Assembly (NCBI GenBank): GCA_030390025.1
Contig: CM059432.1
Location: 11,904,001 to 11,968,000 of the forward strand
Origin: Squalus acanthias
Taxonomy: Eukaryota
Length of the DNA stretch: 64,000 nucleotides
Reading direction: 5' to 3'
This document shows positions 51,778 through 64,000 of the stretch, piece by piece. The notes below the pieces were generated by a model, which searched no databases, was not told where the DNA came from, and was given only the letters and a program-made list of their open reading frames with translations. Each line of letters starts with the position of its first letter. Positions within the stretch are counted from its first letter, which is position 1. Made by a program: the position numbers and the translations under genes.

Positions 51778-53892
51778 GTTAGGAAATATTCATATAAATT
51801 TGAAACCACCTTATTATTGACCATTATGAAGATTGCTTTGAATACAGTGGGAGGTGGCTAAGTTGTTTTGGACTGTCATCTTAACCCATAGATTCATAGT
51901 CGATCCATGCATCTCTTAAATGGAAGGAAAATCGGATGCGTTCTGATACGTGCATGTGCCCAGATTTGCTCGGTTTTCCGATATCCAGTGTGCTTGTGTT
52001 TCCTTCATGGATCTCCACAAAATGTGCTTAAAGCTGAATGCTCTCACGCAAATAAAAGTCAGCACTCCTCACAGGCAGCCAAGTAGCTCATATTGCATAG
52101 TTTTTGACGCCATAACTAAGCTGTCACAAGGTCAAATCCCAGACTTGGGTTCAGATGACATCTAACCTAACCCGTGACCTCAACCCTAGATGGACAAGGG
52201 CAGCAGGCGCTTGGGAACACCACCACCTCCAAGTTCCCCTCCAAGTCACACACCATCCTGACTTAGAAGTATATCGCCGATCCTTCATCGTCGCTGGGTC
52301 AAAATCCTGGAACTCCCCGGCCTAGCAGCACTGTGGGAGTACCTTCACCACACGGACTGCAGCGGTTCAAGAGGGCGGCTCACCGTCACCTTCTCAAAGG
52401 GCAACTAGGGATGGGCAATAAATGCTGGCCTTGCCAGCGACGCCCACATCTCGCGAATGAATAAATAAAAAGAACACGCTACGAGGGAGCCTGCCTAATA
52501 CAGTCTTGCCCACAGAGGCACCTTTACGTTGGCTTATCATGACATTCGTAGTGCCCATAAATAAGCCTACAACCTAAGCCATCTCATTTTGCTGCCTTCA
52601 GGAGGATATATTCTGTACATATCTATATCTGTCATTTTTCTTTTAGGGAAGTTGGGGCTTGCTGCTGATTGGTGGGTAAAGGTACTGAATAGTTTGGTAC
52701 TGATTACAGGCAAGTCCCAGTTTCGATCCCTGTCTTGTGCTGAGTTAACTGGCAATAGCGGCCCTAAAATTGACTTCAGCCCAAGGAAGGGGTAAATCAG
52801 CTAGCATTCTCACTTCTTATTGATGGCCAATGCTCCTTCCTGAAATATGTGTGTGTGTATCTGTGAGCAGGGTCAGGCTCCGTTATGATGCTTTTCCCCC
52901 AGCCCCCTGCCCTATTGGTACTCCTCATCTAAGCCAACACATAAAGGTTGGTCTCTTGCACAAGGTACCAAGGGCTGTTGTCAACTGTGGAACAGTACTG
53001 TATCATGAAGCATTCCTTTCAGGGGAGTGGGAGAAAGAAGGGAAACTTGTGCCTATTTTATTGCAGAGACGACTATTGCGTTACTGCTTCAGGTTATTTT
53101 CAGCTGGATTGTTTCGGATGCTCCGTAGACGATCTGTTCTATAAACTAAGTTAAGAATTGATGCAATCATGAAAATTGCATAACGCAGCCAACCTCTTTG
53201 TTGGTTTGGATTGTGGCAAGTTTTATCTAAAGCTTTGGTTTTATTCCTTGTATAGCTTCCTTTGATCCTTATTTATAGTGGCTGTTTACATTTTGCTTTG
53301 GGATACTTTTTTTTATTCATTGGATGTGGGCGTCGCTGGCAATGCCAGCATTTATTGCCCTTGAACAACTGAGCTGGGCCATTTCAGAGGGCAGTTAAGA
53401 GTCAACTGTGAGCAGATTTCCTTCCCTAAAGTGAACCAGATGGGTTTACGACAATCCGTGGTCAACATTACTGATGCTAGCTTTTTTTTTTAAATTCCAG
53501 ATTTATTTAATTTCCCCAGCTGCTGTGGTGGGATTTGAACTCATGTCTCCGGATCATTAGTCCAAGCCTCTGGATTACTAGTCCAGTAACATAATCACTA
53601 CCCTACCGTTCCCGTATAGCTACAGCTGGAATATATTGTATAGTTTATTTGGTGGTTTGATATTTTGCCCATCAGTGGTCATAATTGTAAAATGATTTGA
53701 TGTCCATCTGCAAACCATTTTTTTTTAATGTCCTGATCACTTTAGTTGCAACCAGTAGGTGGCCTGCTTCCACATACTTGACAATGGTGGTGTGGCCAAC
53801 TATTCGGAGTTTCGAGAGATTAGTTCAGGCATGGCGTTCCCTCACTGGGAGAACTCTCTTCTCGCCGCTCCCTCACTGGGGGAAGTTCCTAA

Positions 53893-54412
53893 CCTTTTTT
53901 TTTATTCATTCATGGGATGTGGGCGTCGCTGGCAAGGCCAGCATTTATTGCCCATCCCTGTTGCCCTTGAACCGCTGCAGTCCGTGTGGTGAAGGTACTC
54001 CCACAGTGCTGTTAGGTAGGGAGTTCTAGGATTTTGACCCAGCGACGATGAAGGATCGGCGATATACTTCCAAGTCAGGATGGTGTGTGACTTGGAGGGG
54101 AACTTGGAGGTGGTGGTGTTCCCATGCGCCTGCTGCCCTTGTCCTTCAAGGTGGAAGAGGTCGCGGGTTTGGGAGGTGCTGCCGAAGAAGCCTTGGCGAG
54201 TTGTTGCAGTGCATTTTGTAGATGGTACACACTGCAGCCATGGTATGCCGGTGGTGGAGCGAGTGAATATTTAAGGTGGTGGATGGGGTGCCAATCAAGC
54301 GGGCTGCTTTGTCCTGGATGGTGTCGAGCTTCTTGAGTGTTGGAGCTGCACTCATCCAGGCAAGTGGAGAGTATTCCATCACACTCCTGACTTGTGCCTT
54401 GTAGATGGTGGA
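53893..54412 (-). mobile_element. CR1-like LINE 3' fragment (second family)
   Basis: TIYKAQVRSVMEYSPLAW...; same family as 33688. Confidence 0.88.
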
Positions 54413-54842
54413 CCATCCATGCAGCAATTTGATTGAGATTCAGAGCTCACAGTGGTGAGGTTTTGAACCTGTTGTGCTGTTATTACATAAAATTGCATGG
54501 AATGTACAGCACAGACACAGGTCATTCTCTGTGTTTATGCTCCACACGGCTCTCCTCCCACCCTACTTCATCTAACACTATCAGCATGTGTTTATCTAGC
54601 TTCCCCTTGAATGCATCTATGCTATTCGCCTCAACTATTCCTTGTGGTAGCGAGTTCCACATTCTAACCACTCTCTGGGGAAACAAGTTTCTCCTGAATT
54701 CCCTATTGGATTTATTGGTGATTATCTTGTATTTATGGCTCCTAGTTTTAGTCTCCACAACACGTGGAAGCATTTTCTCTACGTCCCCCTTCATAATCTT
54801 AAAGGCCTCTTATCAGGTCACCACTCAGCTTCTGTTTTCTAG

Positions 54843-55169
<327 letters not shown>

Positions 55170-55711
55170 GGCAAAAAAAATTATTTAGCTTTGTATTTTT
55201 AAAGATTGTGATCCTACAATAGAAAGATTGTGCCTCCTTGTTTGTGTTCAGACCTGTTGGTTAAGGAATTTTAACACCCACATATGGTTCGCCAGCTAAG
55301 TGTGGCTTTGGCAGTAATTAATTTCCACTGGTCCAACTTGTTCTGTCAAAATGAACACGAAGCAAAAATCGCAATTTGTTTTAAGGTCTTAAACATATTT
55401 TAACAAAGATTGCTGCTTCACTTTAGCACTTGATGATGCAAGTCTCTGACTCTGCAGACGACATCGCCTTTCATTTGAATGAAACCTTTATTTATGAACC
55501 AGCTTTGCCATTACATTTTTGAAGATGGAAGGTATTGTCTGCTGAGTTAGCAGGAGCAGATGGCTGAAAATTGATTAACGTATGCAATTTTCAGTACCCT
55601 GTGACCTCTTGATTCTGCTTACCCTTCAGAGCTGTAAGCTATGGAAGACTTGAATGTAATTAATAGTTCATGTAAATAATGTTTATTTTGAAACTTCATA
55701 AAGTGTACAAA

Positions 55712-55717
55712 AATAAA
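55712..55717 (+). terminator. Candidate AFG3L2 polyadenylation signal
   Basis: AATAAA with upstream TGTA motifs and downstream T/GT-rich tract. Confidence 0.6.
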
Positions 55718-56219
55718 AAGCAAAATATTGCATTTATTTTTGTTATCGGTCGTAGGCTGATACATGGACATAATTTGTCAGGAAAGGCTGTGACTTCCAC
55801 TGTTAATACCCACATTAATCAAATACATGGTACATCAAGCCATTTACATCATTTAGAACTGAAACGGCAAAGGGCATCACAGCAATAAATGAAGTCCTCA
55901 AACAGCTCTAACTTTCCTGAAGTAAATCTTAATGGAACAGTTTGCTGATACCAGGTGCCTGTTATGCTACAAAGAATTAGTTTTAGGTGTTAATTTATTG
56001 ATGTTTTACACATAAGAATGGCTGTTCCAAAGTTTCTTGCTAATTTCAGCAGTTTTCCAGTCTTAATCCAGTGTTTAAATGAGGTTTCCTTTGGTTTTTT
56101 CCAATTAGCATGTGTTGCGCACTCTCCCACACCTTTTACTAGTCCTCTCCAGCTTGTGCAGCTAAAGAAAGGGATGGTTGATCTGATACCAGGCCTGCTG
56201 CCACCATTCTACTCCATCC

Positions 56220-57262
56220 TAAACCGGAAACAGAGAGTAGGCATAAATGGGTCATTTTCTGGTTGGCAAGATGTAACGAGTGGCGTGCCACAGGGATCAG
56301 TGCTGGGGCCTCAACTTTTTACAATTTATATGAATGACTTGGATGAAGGGACCGAAGGTATGGTTGCTAAATTTGCTGATGACACAAAGATAGGTAGGAA
56401 AGTAAATTGTGAAGAGGACACCAGGAGGCTACAAAGGGATATAGATAGGTTAAGTGAGTGGGCAAAGATCTGGCAAATGGGAAAATGTGAAATTGTCCAT
56501 TTTGGCAGGAAGAATAAAAAAGAAGCATATTATCTAAATGGTGAGAGATTGCAGAGCTCTGAGATGCAGAGAGATCTGGGTGTCCTAGTGCATGAATCAC
56601 AAAAGGTTAGTATGCAGGTACAGCAAGTAATTAGGAAAGCTAATAGAATGTTATAGTTTATTGCGAGGGGAATTGAATACAAAAGTAGGGAGGTTATGCT
56701 TCAGTTATACAGGGCATTGGTGAGACCACGTCCGGAGTACTGTGTACAGTATTGGTCTCCTTATTTAAGGATGAAAATGCGTTGGAAGCAGTTCAGAGAA
56801 GGTTTACTAGACTAATACCTGGAATGGGTGTGTTGTCTTATGAGGAAAGGTTGGACAGGCTAGGCTTGTATCCGCTGGAGTTTAGAAGAGTAAGAGGTGA
56901 CTTGATTGAAACATACAAGATCCTGAGGGTGGATGTGGAGAGGATGTTTCCTCTTGTGGGAGAATCGAGAACTAGGGGTCACTGTTTAAAAATAAGGGGT
57001 CGCCTATTTAAGACGGATGAGGAGAAATTTTTTCTCAGGGTTGTGAGTCTTTGGAACTCTCTTCCTCAGAGGGCGGTGGAAGCAGAGTCTTTGAATATTT
57101 TTAAGGCAGAGGTAGATAGATTCTTGGTAAGCAAGGGGGTGAAAGGTTATCGGGGGTAGGCGGGAATGTGGAGTAATCGGATCAGCCATGATCTTATTGA
57201 ATGGCGGAGCAGGCTCGAGGGGCCGAGTGGCCTACTCCTGCTCCTAATTCGTATGTTCCTAT
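56220..57262 (+). mobile_element. CR1 RT + 3' end
   Basis: RKQRVGING...[16 protein letters not shown]...FADDTK; CR1 3' UTR. Confidence 0.92.
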
Positions 57263-58059
57263 GTAAAAGCTACTGTTCTGGAGGTAATTAACCTGTAATT
57301 TGATCAGTGGCGACATCTCTAAGCTGAGTCAAACAGATGCTTTTCCACCTCTCCCACACAATGTTTCACAATCTATTAGTTTGTTTCTCTCCTACAGTCT
57401 CTTCACCCTCTCCTACATACCATGCGAGTAACATCAATCTACTGAGTATTGTGGAAAATAAAGATTTTCCTTCTCCCCCCTCATTTATTTCACTGAGCCA
57501 TTTTAACGTGGATGTAATGTTGGTAGTAAGTGGCAATGAGGTAAGATATTTTAATAGAGTACTCCTTCAATATCAGATCTGCTTCATTATCTAAAGAACT
57601 TTCTAATTTTGGTGTTGATAATTTTGTTTAAAAACATTACAGTGATAGATAAGGAGGTGCAACAATTTTGCTTGCATAGATGCATATAATAATGCCAAAA
57701 AGAGTATTCCTCTAATGTGACATCCCAATAATTCTAGCTGTAAGCATTAAACTCTCAGACGGGAGTTGTGAGTTCAGATCATCGCATTCATCAACCCCCA
57801 CTGAGGCGAGCATTGGCAATTCTAACACAGGCTGCAACAGCAGAACATTTTTTTATTCTCTGGGACAGGGAGAATGAATGGGAGTGGAAGAAAACTGGAT
57901 AAACACCCACCAGACCTGTCTTGTCTTGCACAAGTTGATCCATCACAGACTGCATTCAATGGCTAAAAATGGAATAGGCCTTAGGGGTAGTAGACAGCTT
58001 AAAGACAAGGGTTGATTTAGTTCTGAGAAATTAAGTGGGCGAACAGTTAATGTGAGAAT

Positions 58060-59880
58060 AGGAGAACAGTTGGGAAATAGTGGCCACAACATAGTTAGAT
58101 TCAATGGAAGAATGAAGAAGAATCAAAGATAAGGGTGTGCTGGACTGGAAAAAGCCAAAGTTCAACAAAATAAAAGGGGATCTGGCCCAAATTAACTGGG
58201 CAGAAAAGTTAGCAAACAGGATGCAAGATCCACAGTGGGAAATCTTCAAATATAAGATGCACAGTGTACAAAATAAAGTTGCATGGATAGAGAGGTTAAC
58301 ACTAAACTGAAACTTAAAAGAGTGGCATATGATAGTTAGGGCTAACAATACCAAAGATAATCAGGAGGAATATAAAATTGCAGTAGGAATGTGAAAAAAG
58401 AGATTAGAAGGGCTAAAAGAGACTATGCAAGAAAAGACTAATATAAAAAATGAAATAGGGCTTTTAATCATATAAAAGTAAAAGAATAGTTAATGAGCGG
58501 GTAAGACCAATCAGGGATGAAGGAGGGAGTCCCATTGTGGAAGATGAAGATAGGGCAGTGATATTAAATATTTTGAATTGTTTTTTTACAAATGTTGTGG
58601 AAGTGAGTATATAAGTTATACTGAGGAGGATATGGAACAATTGATAGAGCTAATTGTAGGAAGGAAATTGGTTCTGACAAACTTAGAACTCGAGGTGGAT
58701 ATACCACTGGGCCCTGGTGGTATGCACCATTAGTCTGTTAAAAGAAATCAGAGAGAAGATAGCAGAGTCTCTGACTGCAATTTTTCAATCTTCCTCAAAT
58801 ATGCACATTGTGTTGTGGAAGTGGAGAGTAGCCAATGTGACAACCGAATAACTAGACTGGTTAGTCAAACATCATTTGTGGGGAAACTCTTAGAATACAT
58901 AATTTGAGATAAAATTAGTAAGCAGTTAGAAATGTATAGATTAAGAACAGTCAGCACGGGTTTGTTAAGTCATGTTTGACAAATTTAATGAGTTTTCTGA
59001 AGAAGTGACCGCTTTGGGTAAATAACGGCAATGCAATTGAGGAAGTGTGCATGGATTTTCACAAGGCATTTGGTAAGGTGTCTTGTAAGAGGTTGGCTGG
59101 AAAAATTCAGGCATGTGGTACAAGGGGAAATACAGCAGCATAGATAGAGAGTTGGTTGGCCTATAGGAACCAAAGAGTTGGGGTGAATGGGTGTTGCTTG
59201 GACGAGGGAAGAGTTGGAAGGGGTGTACCCCGGGACTCCGTGCTGGGCCCACTTTAGCAGGTTTTGCAAACGGGAAGGAGGACTGGAAAAGGCTTCAGGA
59301 TGACACAGGATAGCAGAATGGAAAGATAGGTGGCAGATGCGATCTCATATGGGTAAGTGTGAAGTCATACATTTTGGGAGAAATAAAAAGCAATGGGAAG
59401 ATGCGTTCAGTTCAAATCATCCCGGAAAGTGTGACAGCGGGTAGATAATACGATAAAAAGGCCAGTAACATTTTGGATTTTATAAATGGGACATAGAGTG
59501 CAAGACTAAAGAAGTAATGATTATATACAAACCATTGGTAAGGTCACAGCTGGAGTATTGTGTTTATTTTCGACATCCCTTTATAGAAAGGGCATTAAAG
59601 CCATACAGCATGTTCGGTGTAAACTTACCAGGAAAGAGGTTAGGAGAAATTTATTTCACAAAGGATTGTTGGATCATGGAACGCTATGCCACAGGGATTG
59701 ATTTAGGTTGAGACCATTGATTATAAAGGGAAAATGTAATAAATATTTGAAGCAGAGAAAGATACAGGACTGTGAAGAGAGCACAGGGCAGTGAGATTAG
59801 TTTGGCTTTAGCAAAGATCCAGCACAGATATGATGAGTCTAATGACCTCCTTTTGTGCTGTAAACTTCTAGCGTTCTAAA
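58060..59880 (+). mobile_element. Old, heavily degraded CR1
   Basis: Recognisable remnants (CAGTCAGCACGGGTTTGTTAAGTCATGTTTGACAAAT; LVRSQLEYCV). Confidence 0.7.
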
Positions 59881-60171
59881 ACAAAATAGGGAAAATGAAA
59901 GATAAAATGCACATTGTGGATTAAGTGCCCATTATACTTATTGTGGGACAGGCTACTGGACCTCAGCCTTCTACACAAGGTTCCCTAAAACCTTCAAGTT
60001 TTAGATCTTAGCATTTAGGGAGGTGCCAAAGAAGTCAAGATGCTATCACTTGAAGCAACAAAAACAAAGAATGTTGGCAACACTCGGCACGTCAGCCAGT
60101 ATCTGGAGAAAGCAGACAAGACGGGAAAAAAACACAACCTCACGCCCAGAAAAATAGAATGACCTGTTTTT

Positions 60172-60275
60172 TTAAATAAAACAGAAAATGCTGGAAATGC
60201 TTAGCAAGTCAGGCAGCATCTGTGGAGCGAGAAACAGAGTTAACGTTTCAGGTCGATGACCCTTCGTCGGAACTG
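60172..60275 (-). mobile_element. Solo Penelope-type tail with hammerhead-like core
   Basis: Minus strand CAGTT-CCGACGA-AGGGTCATCGACCT-GAAACGTT-AACT. Confidence 0.75.
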
Positions 60276-60790
60276 GTTTACTTTTAAAAAAAATCTTGCC
60301 GCCATCCCCCCTACCCTTCTGTTCCTTCTTAAATGCTGTTCATCTGTGATATTTCCAGTTCTGAGGAAGAATCATAAAATGATACAGCACAGAAGGGAGG
60401 CCATTCGGCCCATCGTGGCTGTGCCGGAGTCTCCAGCCGTCATGTCTGTTCGCACTACAGATGCTGCCTGGCCTGCTAAGTGTTCCAGCGTTTCGTGTTT
60501 TTGTTTCAGATTGCCAGCATCTGTAGTATGTTGCTTTTCGTCGTTCGGCCTTTGAAGTAATTCTGACACTGCCTTACCAGCTAGTAACGGAGCTTTGCTA
60601 GCAGGTTACCCAGTTCCTCACTTTGAGACAGTTGTGTGATGCGGGGGACCTGGTAAAAGACAGCAACATTCTGAGACATCAAGAAATAATTAATCTTGCA
60701 GCATGAAAGTTGTAGCATTTTAATAAGTTCAATCTGTAATACAAAAACCAGTTGCCATCTTATTTGTTGATCTACAAGTTATTTCCAATA

Positions 60791-60796
60791 TTTATT
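60791..60796 (-). terminator. Candidate TUBB6 polyadenylation signal (alternative ATTAAA at 60719-60724)
   Basis: AATAAA on - strand ~165 nt after the stop. Confidence 0.5.
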
Positions 60797-60960
60797 CTGA
60801 ACTTTTCATTTTCTTATAGTTGTTAATTATATCAAAGGCACATCAAACAGGGATTGGGTGATAGACAAAAGTAGTTTTAACTTAGAACATTATATCTTAT
60901 AACCTAGAAATCTTTTATAGATGTTAACAATGGCAAAATGTTGAAACGTAGAATTGTATA

Positions 60961-62058
<1,098 letters not shown>

Positions 62059-62446
62059 TTACTAGCTTGAGCTAATTAATGGTAGAATAGTACTTCTATT
62101 ACGCTACAAGAGTGCGGACTACTCAATAATATCGCAAATGTGTTTGTTTTGCTAAATTCTCATTTTTAATCTCTACACAGAAAATCCAACAGTTCTTAGT
62201 GCATCACTCTCTGCGGTCACCACAACTTTACAACATCAAAACAGCTCAACTGCCATCCTTGGCTAGGTTGGTTTCAACTGTTGAAGTTAACCTTTTAAAA
62301 CTTGGGTTTTCATGTGTATTTTAACATGGCATAAACAAGATAAACAAAAAAGCAACAATGGAATCCCATGTTTATTCCACTCGCAAAGATTCACTCGTGC
62401 GACTGATGCTGCCAGCACTTGTGGGATAAAGTTGGGCACCCTACTA

Positions 62447-62778
62447 CAGGAAACTTTCGTTTATCCGGCACCGACGGGACCGGCGTGGTGCCGGTTGATC
62501 GAAAGTGCCGGATTACAGAGAGGTATACTTACCAAGGTACGAGAGCCCCGTACACGGCCATAGGCTTAACAATTGGGACCCGGAGAGGGAAGGTAAACGA
62601 GACTCCGGCTTTTTCCTCCGTGGCGGCGACAGGTCCGAGTCGGAAGAACGTTCACCCCCCTTTCGTGGGGGCGAAAGGTCAGAATCGGGGTCTTGTCTGT
62701 ATAATAAAACTTACCTGATTTTTGCCGGTTAAGCGAGAATTCCGGATATTTGGGTGCCGGATAAACGAAAGTTTCCTG
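62447..62778. mobile_element. Tc1/mariner (pogo/Tigger-like) MITE, 332 bp
   Basis: Perfect 26-bp TIR CAGGAAACTTTCGTTTATCCGGCACC, TA TSD on both sides, CpG-rich. Confidence 0.92.
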
Positions 62779-63057
62779 TATATCTTCTCATACACTCCTC
62801 GCCTCTTTCAGATCTCCGACTGCTGGAAAACTGAGTAATTATATACTCTTTTAATGTTGGTGGCTTTTGAGTGTTGAGCAATTAGGCACAAGTAGTCACG
62901 AAATGCAAAAGGCCAAGAAGAACTGTAGGCGGTGGAGGATGAAGAATTGGACAGATGTACTGGCGTCACTGGCCAAAGCGCTCATCACTTTGAATTTTGT
63001 CAAAGGTGGAAAGTAACATACTCTCAACAATACTGACCAGTGAATCCTTCCCCATTC

Positions 63058-63268
63058 CCTGCCCCAGAGGGCTGTGAATGCTGAGTCTTTGAGTATATTC
63101 AAGGCTGAGATAGATAGATTTTTGGACTCTAGGGGAATCGAGGGATATGGAGATCAGGCTGGAAAGTGGAGTTGGGGTCGATGATCAGCCATGATCTTAC
63201 TGAATGGCGGAGCAGGCTCGAGGGGCCGTGTGCCCTACTCCTGCTCTTATTTCTTATGTTCTTATGTT
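63058..63268 (+). mobile_element. CR1 3' end, same subfamily as 1211 and 34438 copies
   Basis: Direct sequence similarity and (TTCTTATG)n tail. Confidence 0.88.
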
Positions 63269-63777
63269 CCCACAATAAATAATATCACCGTGCATCTGGC
63301 CCATAGGACAGGAATAGATATGTCCATTTTCCACTGTTCCTCCCCCACCCCACCACCCCCCCATTGAAATGGAGCACGCCACTTGCCTAACATTGGTCCA
63401 TCCAACAGCTCAGATGGACATTAACGGAACTCATCCAGTCTAGACAGGGATTGGAACAACCCTTTGAGTGGCAGAACATTAAGTACTCTACAGCTTGTAG
63501 ATCTGTTAAGCTACCTATTTTTACTTCCCAGAATTTGTCACTCACCACAGTAAGATAGTTCTTTATATAAATGAAGTTGCGAATGGTTTATTTTAAAAAT
63601 GTGAACACTGGATGACCGCTTCAATTGACACCTAACAACTAATTGAGTAGAACTGGTTGATTTTAGAAGGTCTCTATTTCTTTTTCTGTTAACCACCCCA
63701 TCACTTCACATACTATTTCCCGACTGAGAGGATAAGCAATCAGTCTCATGGAAATAGCGGGATTTTTAAATGTTTTA

Positions 63778-64000
63778 TATTCATTCATGGGATCTGGGTG
63801 TCGCTGGCAAGGCCAGCGTTTATTGCCCATCCCTAGTTGCCCTTGAGAAGGTGGTGGTGAGCCGCCTTCTTGAACCGCTGCAGTCCGTGTGGTGAAGGTA
63901 CTCCCACAGTGCTGTTAGGGAGGGAGTTCCAGAATTTTGACCCAACGACGATGAAGGATCGGCGATATACTTCCAAGTCAGGATGGTGTGTGACTTGGAG
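63778..64000 (-). mobile_element. CR1-like LINE 3' end (second family), runs off window
   Basis: Matches 33688 and 53893 copies. Confidence 0.88.

Noticed and set aside
53697..53890. Unique-looking stretch with open frames in intron 16
   Set aside because: No recognisable protein in any frame; the ORFs extend into a LINE tail
56018..56656. 212-aa ATG-initiated ORF fusing unique sequence to an RT
   Set aside because: Chance read-in to a 5'-truncated CR1; N-terminal part has no recognisable features or promoter

Overview
Vertebrate genomic DNA. The repeat repertoire (CR1/L2 LINEs, Deu-domain SINEs, Penelope-like elements) suggests a cartilaginous fish; this is inference. The window holds a complete 17-exon AFG3L2 gene (mitochondrial m-AAA protease subunit) on the + strand: ATG 4486 to stop 55169, 2400 nt spliced CDS, 799 aa. 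Tail-to-tail with it lies the last exon of a class V beta-tubulin (TUBB6, - strand, 60961-62033), the same neighbourhood as in mammals. The rest is mostly transposon-derived; repeat boundaries are approximate unless TIRs/TSDs are quoted. Most notable: a 52-bp promoter minisatellite built from CRE/ATF palindromes; hammerhead-ribozyme cores in Penelope tails; an inverted pair of hairpin-rich ~740-bp TIR elements bracketing the in-frame exon 4-10 block; a frame-preserving 26-bp micro-inversion in a young CR1; a family of tiny hAT MITEs; a GC-AG intron; and a probable frameshift in the AFG3L2 C-terminal tail. No clearly new multi-gene system is evident.
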